IMG/VR virus record: IMGVR_UViG_3300009285_000016
Span: 1-48,220 of that record
Strand: one strand, 5' to 3'
DNA: 48,220 bases
Origin: a virus
The translations under genes and the position numbers were made by a program. This document shows, one piece after another, positions 31,834 through 40,950 of the stretch. The notes under the pieces were generated by a model that saw nothing but the letters and a program-made list of their open reading frames with translations, was not told the origin of the DNA and searched no databases. The stretch's first letter is position 1; each line of letters starts with the position of its first letter.

Positions 31834-33920
31834 TAACGCCTACCTAACGGATAAAAACCGTGCGCTACATTCCACAACTTCAAACGAACATTCTTTGTGG
31901 TGTTGGTGATTTTGGTTTGAAACCAGTTGCCTACAGAACGAAACGGAATCGAAATGTTACGCTGTTTCTGTGCTGAAACTTTTGTTGTGTCCATTACAAA
32001 AGAGTCCAGTCCTATCGGGTCGTTAGCGTCCGTAAAATCTGCGGTTGTGGAAACCGCCGTATCATTATCATCTGCGTTGTTTGTTACCGTAAGCGCAGAG
32101 ATGTCAATGTTTTCAGCGTGTACTGAAACTTCACGTAGTTCTTTAGTAATACGATTGTCTTCTACACCAGCACCCACACGGTGAAATATTACATAACTTG
32201 TAATAGTCCCACCATGGTCTGTGTCTCCCACGCCAAGTTGAAACACTCTGTCTGTAAAATCTCCAAAGTAGATTGTCTGCTCGTCGTATTCACCTTCGTC
32301 CACAATCCAGGTCACAACCTCAATGTCGTCCCAAATCCACCAACTACCATTCTTATAGTCGTAAACCAAAACTGTATTGTTGTTTGCCGCACCGTCAAGA
32401 GAAACCGCAAGAAGATAGCAATTAAACTTTCGCCAGTGACAAGCTGCGCTCCACTTACGTAAACCCGGAGTTATCTTGCGTATTGTATCGTCAATCGCTG
32501 AAGACAACTTTGAGATTTCAGAGCCATTGAAACTATAGATTCCATCTTCCGCAAGAAAGACGAGCATTCCGTTTATTTCCACAATCGAAGAATTACTAAC
32601 ACAGCCCACGCCAGAACCCGGTGCCATCTTCGTGGGTACATATGTATTCAAATCTCCTTGCACTGAACTTTGTCCAGTGTGAAGCATTCTCCAGATTGAA
32701 TCTTGTTTGAAAACGGCAAGATGCTCACCGAAAGCACGCATTCCTGTAATTGGAGAATTATCGTTCTCCATAATCTCTTCGTAACTCTCTAATGGCCACA
32801 CTTTGTATGCGGGCTGTGGAGCGCTCCATTGAATACGATAAGAGGCGCCAAGAATTCCTGCGGCAAAGAGTTGCCCATCAAAAAACTCAACATAATTTGC
32901 ACGCGGAAATTCGGCTGCTTGTGGGACAAAATCAGGATGGTAAGTAGATTTAATTCCCTGTACAGTACCGACCCAAACCGGGTCTGTTTCTACAACCGTT
33001 TCTGAAAGGTCGGTTGAAGTGGGTTGTGCTTTTGAAACAGTAATAAAATTGTTTTGTGCAATGTAAACTTCACCAAATTGTGGAATAACTGCAAATGATG
33101 CAAGTTCAGCGACGCTGTAGGTTAAAATGGACTGACTGGTAATAGAAACCTTGTCACTAGACAATATAGAAGATGTAGACTGTAAAACTTTGCCTCCTGC
33201 TATTGATTGAATATAACGCTTTATGCCCGGAAACTGTGCCACAAAAAACGACGAGGCATAAGTAAATGCCTTTTTTTGTGTTGTACTAACGTCGACATCA
33301 ATTTCTGTTCCAGCAGAAATGTTTTCTTCCAAAAGCTCAAATCTAATCCAGTAAGCACTAGTACTATCTACAGTTTTAAGTGTCCAATCTTTAGGCACAG
33401 CCCAAATAAATGTACTTGCGTTAGCACCCATGAACGGTGTCGTTAAATTGACTCCTGCACTTGTCATTGCTTGTACGAGTAGATACATCCACGCACTACC
33501 ATTCCAATATTCTGCTTTAAAACCTGTAGCAGCAGTGTTTTGCGTAGTTATTGTTATTATAAATCCTGGCCACGTAGCACTGTGCCCAATATAAACACGT
33601 CCACGAGCGCCACCGTCAGTAGCTCTCCCTACAAGTCCAGCGAGAGAAAGTAATCCGGTTCCATCTGGAGATGTAAATGTACCATCATCAGCTCCAGCAG
33701 CTACAACTTCTGTGCGCGCAGAAAAGATTGTTGTGCCGCCGCCCTGCAGCAAACCGTAAGCAGTAACACCTACGTAGCCAGGACGCTGTTCAAGTAACCC
33801 GCGCGGAGCCCAAACGTTACGCGCATCAAACACCTGGTTTGGCTGCGCGTTTGTTTGAAACTCGTTTATACCGCCGCGAAAATCGCCTTGTCGATAATAT
33901 AGATACTTATCGCGCCCCAT
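31833..33920 (-). CDS. Tail tubular protein B / nozzle-like protein (T7 gp12-like, 695 aa)
   Basis: N-terminus DFRGGINEFQTNAQPNQVFDARNVWAPRGLLEQRPGY parallels T7 gp12 NLKGGISQQPDILRYPDQGSRQVNGWSSETEGLQKRPP (recalled sequence). The internal FFDGQLFAAG...ITGMRAFGEHLAVFKQDSIWRM parallels FFFRNRLGFLSG...AVPFSEELLIWSDEAQFVL. Confidence 0.55.
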   Translation of the reverse strand: MGRDKYLYYRQGDFRGGINEFQTNAQPNQVFDARNVWAPRGLLEQRPGYVGVTAYGLLQGGGTTIFSARTEVVAAGADDGTFTSPDGTGLLSLAGLVGRATDGGARGRVYIGHSATWPGFIITITTQNTAATGFKAEYWNGSAWMYLLVQAMTSAGVNLTTPFMGANASTFIWAVPKDWTLKTVDSTSAYWIRFELLEENISAGTEIDVDVSTTQKKAFTYASSFFVAQFPGIKRYIQSIAGGKVLQSTSSILSSDKVSITSQSILTYSVAELASFAVIPQFGEVYIAQNNFITVSKAQPTSTDLSETVVETDPVWVGTVQGIKSTYHPDFVPQAAEFPRANYVEFFDGQLFAAGILGASYRIQWSAPQPAYKVWPLESYEEIMENDNSPITGMRAFGEHLAVFKQDSIWRMLHTGQSSVQGDLNTYVPTKMAPGSGVGCVSNSSIVEINGMLVFLAEDGIYSFNGSEISKLSSAIDDTIRKITPGLRKWSAACHWRKFNCYLLAVSLDGAANNNTVLVYDYKNGSWWIWDDIEVVTWIVDEGEYDEQTIYFGDFTDRVFQLGVGDTDHGGTITSYVIFHRVGAGVEDNRITKELREVSVHAENIDISALTVTNNADDNDTAVSTTADFTDANDPIGLDSFVMDTTKVSAQKQRNISIPFRSVGNWFQTKITNTTKNVRLKLWNVAHGFYPLGRR

Positions 33921-33926
33921 AACCGA

Positions 33927-34826
33927 CTACCGCTCAATCGGCGCCTCGAAATCAACCGGATGGAAAGTTACGGGCGGAACGAAGGCTTCATCTTCTTCAG
34001 CCACTTTACGTGTACCTTTTTTCACAGCAGCCTTTTTCGTACCTACAGCCACATCAAATTCTGACTTAGAAGGTAGACGATATTTGCTATCCACTAAGCG
34101 GAAGTAGATTCGTCGCCAGCAAAGCAGTGACGCGTCCCGCAACGCGGCTTCAGCAGCATCCTCATCTTCAGCGTTAGCGGTATGAATCTCTACTTCAGTC
34201 GGTCCTAAGGTTGCGTTTGGGTCGGCTAACTGTAGATAAGCCCGCATGTCATCTAAGCTCCAGTCAATATCGGGTTCAAAGTTGTGCGGAGGGCGGCACT
34301 CAATTGCCTTTACTACCCTGGAATCACCGCTGCTCGGTGTTGAAAGATAACAGCGATTCAAGAACCAAAGTCCAATTCCTTCGTCCATCACGGCTCGGGT
34401 ATATGGAGGCACAGACACAGCTCGCGCTACCATATTAAACGCAGCGGGATACCCGTACTTGTCAGTGTACTCAGTTTGTGGCCCCTCCAGCATTTCCGTC
34501 AGTTGCATAGGCGTTTTCAATGCATTCGGCTCGCCGTGTGAACCCCAACGTTTGTTTTCCCACACACGTACTTCAATAGTGCCGGGAGCGTCAGGATTTC
34601 CTGTCATATTGGCAATGTAGATTCTACGCCGTTTAACTTCAGTCTCGACAACTTTACCAATACGCTCTTTCGACACGTTGATAATTGCAGGCGCAAGACG
34701 CTCCAAAAATGCTTCCGCAAGTGGGGCGTCAAACAAGCCCTCTTCATGCGCTTGCATTACGATTTGCTTGTTCTTCCAAACAATTGCTTGCTTCTCACCC
34801 GTGGTATTTCTGATTCTTAATTGCAT
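33927..34826 (-). CDS. Virion structural protein (299 aa)
   Basis: Synteny between the putative adaptor and the nozzle. Confidence 0.45.
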   Translation of the reverse strand: MQLRIRNTTGEKQAIVWKNKQIVMQAHEEGLFDAPLAEAFLERLAPAIINVSKERIGKVVETEVKRRRIYIANMTGNPDAPGTIEVRVWENKRWGSHGEPNALKTPMQLTEMLEGPQTEYTDKYGYPAAFNMVARAVSVPPYTRAVMDEGIGLWFLNRCYLSTPSSGDSRVVKAIECRPPHNFEPDIDWSLDDMRAYLQLADPNATLGPTEVEIHTANAEDEDAAEAALRDASLLCWRRIYFRLVDSKYRLPSKSEFDVAVGTKKAAVKKGTRKVAEEDEAFVPPVTFHPVDFEAPIER

Positions 34827-34835
34827 GTTGTTCTC

Positions 34836-35483
34836 CTAGAAGTTTATGTAGTCTTCTCGTCCAGCTTCAATGTCGTAAACACGAGGCACATCGTCCATCG
34901 GTTTGCCCTTAGACAAAAACTTGTATAAATCTATCCGCATTTCATTTTGCAACATAACCCAGTTTTGGGGCGGACTGTCAGCAATTGTACGCAACCACAC
35001 TGCCGCGCTAAGTGCGATGAGGTCGTGAAACCCCTCAGGAACCAAGTCAGGCTCGTCACCATCTTTATCTAACGGAGTAGGTTCAGCGAAAAACAATACT
35101 TGTAGCGTGCGTGCAGACGACGGTCCCTGTGAACCCCACTGTATGGTGTTGCGGTCTTTCCAGAACATACCCCCACGGAAACCAGTTTCATCAAACAAAA
35201 CTTCTGGCCCAGGGTCGCTCGAAGTAATATCTGTTATACGAATGAGTCCCTTTTGTGAAAGCGCAGGTGGCATTTGTAGTGTTACAACACTAATTGCCCA
35301 GGATAGATTGGTTGTCGACATAAACCAACGCCTAGAGCCCTCGCCTACAGCACGCCGAACCTCGTCCCGATATGCAAAGTTAATTGCTTGTTTTGTACGT
35401 GCAGCCGTGAAAGCAGCCCCCGTAGCTGACGTATCATTGTTCAAGTAGAAATCTACTTGGTTTTTGATGTCGAGATACAGCAC
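34836..35483 (-). CDS. Putative head-tail adaptor (T7 gp11-position, 215 aa)
   Basis: Position and size. Loose resemblance of ...INFAYRDEVRR... and ...VPEGFHDLIALSAAVWL... to adaptor proteins. Low certainty. Confidence 0.35.
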   Translation of the reverse strand: MLYLDIKNQVDFYLNNDTSATGAAFTAARTKQAINFAYRDEVRRAVGEGSRRWFMSTTNLSWAISVVTLQMPPALSQKGLIRITDITSSDPGPEVLFDETGFRGGMFWKDRNTIQWGSQGPSSARTLQVLFFAEPTPLDKDGDEPDLVPEGFHDLIALSAAVWLRTIADSPPQNWVMLQNEMRIDLYKFLSKGKPMDDVPRVYDIEAGREDYINF

Positions 35484-36085
35484 TACATACCTCGCGTATG
35501 GAAATCTTTAAGTTGTGCTGCGTTCTCACGCTGCTTTTCCCAGGTACGCATTGCCATTGAGTTATCTACAACCGTGCTTGAAGTGTCGCTAACGTAATCC
35601 GAGGTATTAGCCTTGCTCCAAAGATAGTCAGTGGCTTCGTGCGCAATGTCTTCCGCGTTAGTCTGTAGTTGCCGCCCAGCTTCTACGCGAGAATCCAACA
35701 AACGTTTTTTTAACGGTTGCAGCCAGCGCCGCATGATGGGAATAATTCCGCCACCCATAACCTGATAGTTGGTAATATGATACTCACCCAAATCCGCAAT
35801 GAAAATAGCGTGGTATCCAGACCACGGCCAATCCGGCGTAGTCCCGCCATATCTATTGAAAATTGGACCGCGTTCAATGCACACAGTCGAGATGATGTTG
35901 CCTTCACGAAGACGGCAAGTAGTCGCCCAAAACTCATAGGCTTTAGACTCTGCGCCCGGTTTACCTACATCAGTTTCATGCATAAACTGAATCAACGCAA
36001 ACGTTTCGGTTTCGCCGTGCCAGGCTAAACGTACTCGCTTGTGCATGTTGTAAATCGCTTTGCAAACAAAGGACGGCGGATTCAC
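35483..36085 (-). CDS. Hypothetical virion-module protein (200 aa)
   Basis: GTG start 5 nt after AGGAGG. Confidence 0.55.
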   Translation of the reverse strand: MNPPSFVCKAIYNMHKRVRLAWHGETETFALIQFMHETDVGKPGAESKAYEFWATTCRLREGNIISTVCIERGPIFNRYGGTTPDWPWSGYHAIFIADLGEYHITNYQVMGGGIIPIMRRWLQPLKKRLLDSRVEAGRQLQTNAEDIAHEATDYLWSKANTSDYVSDTSSTVVDNSMAMRTWEKQRENAAQLKDFHTRGM

Positions 36086-36144
36086 GAAAACCTCCTAAAA
36101 ATTGTGAGCAACGGGCAACCGCTGTCTGGACGGCTGTCCCCAGT

Positions 36145-36165
36145 TAAAAAGCCTCTAGTGGCTCA
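36145..36165 (-). terminator. Weak intrinsic-terminator-like hairpin plus U-tract (GAGCC-ACTAGA-GGCTTTTT on the minus strand)
   Basis: A 4-5 bp stem followed by TTTTT, inside the 128-bp gap after the capsid/decoration gene block. The stem is short, so termination would be partial at best. Confidence 0.3.
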
Positions 36166-36213
36166 CCAGGTTGCATAGCCCGTCGCTCCCAGACAGAACA
36201 CAACTATTATATT

Positions 36214-36549
36214 TTAACTAGTAATCCCTCCAGACGCTTGTGCACGATATCTCGCGCGCACAAGAATCTTAGCCCCGTCGAGGGCACCGCCAACTGGAGT
36301 GTTGAAAGTTACGGCAAACGTATCGTTCGCTGTACTATCATCATCCGGGTCATGAATCATAGTGATTGTAGAGCCGTCAGTCGGCGTATTAATCACTTCC
36401 ATAGTCACTTCATCAGGAGCCACGCCAGTTGGCGCACCCGTCGGAGTCAAAGTTTCCTTCAACCCAGACGTGCAAGAACTCAACCGCAATTCGCAGGTGA
36501 GCACCGGGTCCATCTGAACTGGCTTATTACTATCTACAGTTGCAGCCAT
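36214..36549 (-). CDS. Small beta-rich virion protein (111 aa), decoration-protein candidate
   Basis: Synteny downstream of the capsid gene. Thr/Asp/Pro-rich. Confidence 0.45.
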   Translation of the reverse strand: MAATVDSNKPVQMDPVLTCELRLSSCTSGLKETLTPTGAPTGVAPDEVTMEVINTPTDGSTITMIHDPDDDSTANDTFAVTFNTPVGGALDGAKILVRARYRAQASGGITS

Positions 36550-36562
36550 TTTTCATTCTCCT

Positions 36563-37309
36563 TTAGAGCAAACCGCATTCATAGGTTAACAATTCAACCT
36601 TTTCAGTGCCAGCAGCCGTACTCACAAAAATCATGTGAGGAACCAAGACCTTAGCAGTGGTCAAAGTAACTGCCGCTGTACCTACAAGAACATCAGTAGT
36701 TGCATCGACAAGTACAGAAACAACGCGCCCAGCCGAAACACGCACTTCCCAAGTCACGGCGGTTGCCGTTACGTTAGGAGTGGTTGTTGGCGTAGTACTG
36801 GTATCGCTTCCCGCAGCCGTTGAACTGTAAAGGCGGTTTACACCCGCGTTACTCTGAACACCAAACAAAGCTTTATGGTCATAATCCGTCAAAGCCGTTG
36901 CTGGAGTCGTGGTAACCTGGGTCGTACCTGCCTCACGAAAACCGACCATAACAACGTCAGTGTCCGCAAGAACGGTCTGCATCAACTTCACTTTCATGAA
37001 AAACGCATCAGTTCCCGTAGTAAACTTATTTACAGTGGCAGCCTCATCCAGCGAACCCTGACAAATTGCTAGTCCATTGCCATCTGTAGCACCAATTGGC
37101 AAAAGCCAACCAGTATCCGCTGGAGTAAACGCTGTACTTGCCGCAGCGCCAATCTGCAACATCTCAAAGTGCCCAGCACCCGGAATGTGAAGAGTATTAA
37201 TCTGCGCATCAGCCGCAGTCATAACAGCCGACAAATTCTTCTGAATAATCGGTGGCTGTGGAGTAGACGTAAAATCTACATACGTATATCTTTTCTTACT
37301 CAAACTCAT
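36563..37309 (-). CDS. Virion protein (248 aa), Thr/Ala-rich beta protein
   Basis: Own SD (TAGGAGATTTTTAGAATG) after a 99-bp gap. Confidence 0.5.
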   Translation of the reverse strand: MSLSKKRYTYVDFTSTPQPPIIQKNLSAVMTAADAQINTLHIPGAGHFEMLQIGAAASTAFTPADTGWLLPIGATDGNGLAICQGSLDEAATVNKFTTGTDAFFMKVKLMQTVLADTDVVMVGFREAGTTQVTTTPATALTDYDHKALFGVQSNAGVNRLYSSTAAGSDTSTTPTTTPNVTATAVTWEVRVSAGRVVSVLVDATTDVLVGTAAVTLTTAKVLVPHMIFVSTAAGTEKVELLTYECGLL

Positions 37310-37408
37310 TCTAAAAATCTCCTAGTTAGTGTATTTAAAGTACTGTTGCCGACGCACTAACCAACGCTCAATCGGAACAGCACCGAGCAAAATGCTCTTA
37401 AGCCTTTC

Positions 37409-38071
37409 TTAAACCGTAACGTAATACCTAAAGCAGAAAATAATTTTTCCTGCTGTAAAAGCTTGGGTTGCCGTAGTTACGACAATCAACCGCGCACCCG
37501 TAGTTTTAACTGCGAGCGGCGTGGCTGCTGAACCAAAATGCATTCCGGAATCCCAAGGATTTGTACCGTCATTAATTGCAATAGCGGTACTCAAATCTCC
37601 ATCAGTGGCCAAACCCACTTTAAGTGTTCCTGTATCACCCGCACTCGTACACGTAGTTAGCACGTCATACGAATCCAAAGTCACGCAAGCATTATCTGGA
37701 ATAGTACTCGCTGAAGTCAATGTAATTGCGCCTGGCGCTCCCCCACCGTCAGTAGAGAAGTCATAAAGCGCATACGCATACTTAGCAACATGCAAAGCTG
37801 AAACTCCAGCACCATCAGCAACTTTACTTTCAGTCACCTTATCGGCACCAATTGTAACAGCTCCTGTAGACGCCATTGTGGCATCGCCGGACATAGCGAC
37901 TGAAACACCCGTTGTCCCACTATCCACTAACATATTTCCAGCAGTGGCTCCCATATCCAAAGCAGCTGCTACACCGCTTGAATTACCAATGAGAATCTTG
38001 CCCTCAGCAAGTGCCACATCACCAGCCGCAAGACTTCCGTCCAAGACGGTCCATTTAGTTGGCATTACCAT
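37409..38071 (-). CDS. Virion protein (220 aa), Gly/Ala/Thr-rich, head-fibre/decoration candidate
   Basis: Segment LAEGKILIGNSSGVAAALDMGATAG...AMSGDATMASTGAVTIGADKVTESKVA is a pattern I associate with phage surface fibre/decoration proteins. Confidence 0.45.
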   Translation of the reverse strand: MVMPTKWTVLDGSLAAGDVALAEGKILIGNSSGVAAALDMGATAGNMLVDSGTTGVSVAMSGDATMASTGAVTIGADKVTESKVADGAGVSALHVAKYAYALYDFSTDGGGAPGAITLTSASTIPDNACVTLDSYDVLTTCTSAGDTGTLKVGLATDGDLSTAIAINDGTNPWDSGMHFGSAATPLAVKTTGARLIVVTTATQAFTAGKIIFCFRYYVTV

Positions 38072-38075
38072 TTGT

Positions 38076-38483
38076 TTAAGCCTTCACGCAGTAAATGTGC
38101 ATATCAAAACTCGTTACTGCCGTTGTTGCAGTTTTAACAATTTTTAATGTGGCCCCTTTTTGCAACGTTGTGTAAAGGTCATTATATGACGAAAACTCAA
38201 AGCTGTCATTATCAGAACCCGCTGAATAATCGGCAGTGTCTGTAATGTTGTTGGTGCCATCAGTAAGCTTCACGTCTTCCGAATCTGCCGCAGCAGCCTC
38301 AGTTAACGTAAATTGTGCCCTAAGAATTTTCAAAGCAAAGGGACAATTACCACTAAAAATGGTGTCTGTATTGGTAGTGCCCGTAGACGTGCTGCTATTG
38401 TAGCGAAGCACGAATAATGGCGCCCCATAAAAATTCGCTTCATGGGCCAGCGCTTTACCGCTAATGCCTCTCATATCACTCAT
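38076..38483 (-). CDS. Small beta-rich virion protein (135 aa)
   Basis: Immediately downstream of the capsid gene, with SD GGAGGAAC. Confidence 0.5.
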   Translation of the reverse strand: MSDMRGISGKALAHEANFYGAPLFVLRYNSSTSTGTTNTDTIFSGNCPFALKILRAQFTLTEAAAADSEDVKLTDGTNNITDTADYSAGSDNDSFEFSSYNDLYTTLQKGATLKIVKTATTAVTSFDMHIYCVKA

Positions 38484-38511
38484 AAGTTCCTCCTACCGCC
38501 TTTATATGAGC

Positions 38512-39732
38512 TTAGTACATCGACACAGGAGCTTCACGCAGGTCGTCAATGCGGCCTGAAGTGTGGCGTCCCTTAATATACAACTCCGCAATCTCCATTG
38601 CGGTAGCAGTCCACACGCCCGAAACATCTGAACGCTTGAAAATCTGCCCGCCCTGACGCCGCCACGAAAGAGGCATCTGAGTTGCACGATAGATTTCGTT
38701 GAAGTCCACTGCAAACAGCGTGTTATAGAGAGCGTCGGTATCAACTATAATATTGATTTTACCAAGTGCACTCTGGAAACTCGCTACCGCAATACCGGCT
38801 ACCGTAGAATCAGGAGTTAAACGAAGGTCGCCTTCATACAACTCTTCAACGTTCAAAGCCGTCCAAGAGTTAGTAAGACAGGACAAACCCTTCGCAGGCT
38901 TTTCGTTACCAGACTTCTGAGACAACCCGGCCAAAAGCTGTCGAAACAGCGTTGGGGTCAGGTCACGCAAAGTAGCGCTGTTTGACAGTACCAACGAAGT
39001 ATAGCGCGGGAAACTCGTGGTCGAAATGTTTTGAAACGTAGTAGCCGAATCATCAACCAACTTTTTCAAGCCAGTGATGGCACGGTTTACCGAACCACTC
39101 CAAACAATCTTGTCAGTAGACGTAGTACCGCTGGGCACGGTCGCCGTAGTGGTTACCGTCGCGTAGTTACTCGCAGTCGGCGCATTGGCCACACGACTAA
39201 TAGTCAACGTACCACGATTAGTAGTCAACGTTGAGTCATAAACATCGTAGGTACCTCCATCCCAGAGAAAGCGTGCGTCATCTACAAGCAACGTAGTACC
39301 CGAAGTACCAGTCTGCACCGTAGCTACTGAACCATCGCCGTTTCGATAAAACATGCCGTTCTCAAACTTAAGCATGTTATTCATCAAACCTTCGACTTCC
39401 GAAGTGATAACGTCTTTGGCAACGTTCTTAGACTTTGAAGCCGTGGCCATCGCACCGTCCGTGAGTTGAATACTTCCAACCACGAACTTACGATAGGCTT
39501 TAGCTGCCTGATAGTCTTGCTTATCAGCAACGGGGAACGCCCCACCATCCTCTACGTATCCAAGAGCAGTACTACGTGCCGTGTGCACACGCCACTCAAT
39601 ATTAGCGCCGGTCCAAGCATCATCCTTACGAACCAAAGCGCGTCCTTTTGAAGTATCGTTGAGAGTTTGAACAACCCCCGACAGATATCTAGTAAACGTC
39701 AAACCGACGTTTGAAATATTTACACCAGCCAT
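38512..39732 (-). CDS. Major capsid protein (HK97-fold class, 406 aa)
   Basis: Strong SD (TAAGGAG). The size and the position after the scaffold gene fit. The composition and N-terminal arm are typical of HK97-like capsid proteins. Confidence 0.8.
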   Translation of the reverse strand: MAGVNISNVGLTFTRYLSGVVQTLNDTSKGRALVRKDDAWTGANIEWRVHTARSTALGYVEDGGAFPVADKQDYQAAKAYRKFVVGSIQLTDGAMATASKSKNVAKDVITSEVEGLMNNMLKFENGMFYRNGDGSVATVQTGTSGTTLLVDDARFLWDGGTYDVYDSTLTTNRGTLTISRVANAPTASNYATVTTTATVPSGTTSTDKIVWSGSVNRAITGLKKLVDDSATTFQNISTTSFPRYTSLVLSNSATLRDLTPTLFRQLLAGLSQKSGNEKPAKGLSCLTNSWTALNVEELYEGDLRLTPDSTVAGIAVASFQSALGKINIIVDTDALYNTLFAVDFNEIYRATQMPLSWRRQGGQIFKRSDVSGVWTATAMEIAELYIKGRHTSGRIDDLREAPVSMY

Positions 39733-39747
39733 ATTAAATAAGGCTCC

Positions 39748-40782
39748 TTAACCTTTTAGTGCGGGCTCTCCAGCACGCATCCATTGAACGTGATTGCTAT
39801 AACCTGCTTTACGCAAGGCTTCGACAGAAGGCATCGGAATACCGTTTGCCGGTCTACGTCCTGCTCCAGCAGATTGTGGAATCTGGCGTGTCTGCTTTAG
39901 CTTTGCACCAGAATTTTTAGTACGACGTGCGATATCCATTTGGGAATACGCATCGAGAAACTTCTTCAAACGTGGTGCAGCTTCACTAGGCTCAAGCCCA
40001 AAAGCAGCAGCATAAGTTAGTACCATCTCATCGGCGGCACCGCCCCAAGCACGTTTAAATTCGGGTTCGGCTCCAGTAAACAAAACCTCTTCGCGAGCTT
40101 TTGTAGTAAGGTCATTATACTTACGAAAAAGCTGTTGCTGATTCTGTTCTTTTGTGAAGGCTTCGCGATATTGGCGTTCTTCTGCAAGCTGTTGTTTAAC
40201 AGCATTCAGCTCCCCACCTAGCTCAGACTTCATACTAGTTTTAGCACGCGCGTCCGCTTCCTTCAGAATTTGACGCTTGTAAATCTCCATCGGAGATAGA
40301 TTACTAGTGTCTTCTTCTTTACTTGAAGAAAGCATTTCCAATTGTTTCTGAAGAACCGCTTGCTGAGATTTTAATTCAGAAAGTTGCCGTTCAGATTCCA
40401 ACTTTGCTTGTGCCAAAGACGCTTGCAACTGCCGCTCATAAAGCGCGTTGGTTTGCGTCATCCGTTCCTGTAATTCTCGCTTTTCTTTCGCCAACGCCTG
40501 AATACGCCGCTGTGCGCGGGTACCAGTTTCAATTGGCGGTTCCGTATCACTTTCCAAACTTGCATCTTCCAGGGCACTACTGTCCACTGAAAGACCGCGC
40601 TTGTCGTCAGAGTCTGACTGATTTTTATCCAGAACTTCACCGACCATCTCGTCCATCAAGGACGGGCCGGCATCTGAAGTTTCGTCTTCGTTGGCTTCTT
40701 GTTCCAACGGTTCCTCGTCTTCAGAGAATGGTTCTAGTTCATCCAAACTTGTACCATCTGAAAATCCTGCACTTGCAGCCAT
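39748..40782 (-). CDS. Scaffolding protein (344 aa)
   Basis: Acidic N-terminus, long Q/E/K/L coiled coil, basic C-terminus. It lies between portal and capsid. Confidence 0.7.
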   Translation of the reverse strand: MAASAGFSDGTSLDELEPFSEDEEPLEQEANEDETSDAGPSLMDEMVGEVLDKNQSDSDDKRGLSVDSSALEDASLESDTEPPIETGTRAQRRIQALAKEKRELQERMTQTNALYERQLQASLAQAKLESERQLSELKSQQAVLQKQLEMLSSSKEEDTSNLSPMEIYKRQILKEADARAKTSMKSELGGELNAVKQQLAEERQYREAFTKEQNQQQLFRKYNDLTTKAREEVLFTGAEPEFKRAWGGAADEMVLTYAAAFGLEPSEAAPRLKKFLDAYSQMDIARRTKNSGAKLKQTRQIPQSAGAGRRPANGIPMPSVEALRKAGYSNHVQWMRAGEPALKG

Positions 40783-40860
40783 TGTTCCTCCGCACGCTTA
40801 TCGAGCGTGACTCGTTTAAGATACCTTTAAGGCACATTGCTTACGGCATGACTCGAAGCC

Positions 40861-40944
40861 CATAGATATCTATGACATTATGTCAAAAGTACGCATTTTG
40901 TGACAGAATGTCAAGGAAATTTTAACGTTTGTGACAAAATGGCA
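40861..40944. promoter_or_regulatory. Operator cluster: a 14-bp perfect palindrome CATAGATATCTATG (40861-40874) plus three TGACA-N3-TG(T/G)CA inverted repeats (40873-40885, 40901-40913, 40932-40944)
   Basis: Read directly. Two sites are perfect in both arms and the third has one mismatch. Confidence 0.7.
40886..40914 (-). promoter_or_regulatory. Sigma70-like promoter for the scaffold/capsid genes (TTGACA-17 nt-TACTTT on the minus strand)
   Basis: Perfect -35 TTGACA (40914-40909), 17-nt spacer, -10 TACTTT (40891-40886). The resulting leader of about 95 nt ends in a CACGCT-CGATA-AGCGTG hairpin (40793-40809) next to the SD GGAGG. Confidence 0.5.
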
Positions 40945-40950
40945 CGAGGG

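Noticed and set aside
40323-40865. 180-aa plus-strand ORF antisense to the scaffold gene, running into the capsid promoter
   Set aside because: No SD. The Pro/Arg/Leu-rich translation mirrors the Glu/Gln/Leu-rich scaffold frame. It would run against the whole late operon.
40873-40944. Reading the TGACA-N3-TGTCA sites as CRP/FNR-type host regulator sites
   Set aside because: The spacing (N3) does not fit TGTGA-N6-TCACA or TTGAT-N4-ATCAA. Two of the arms simply coincide with TTGACA -35 hexamers, so I report them as phage-specific promoter/operator elements only.
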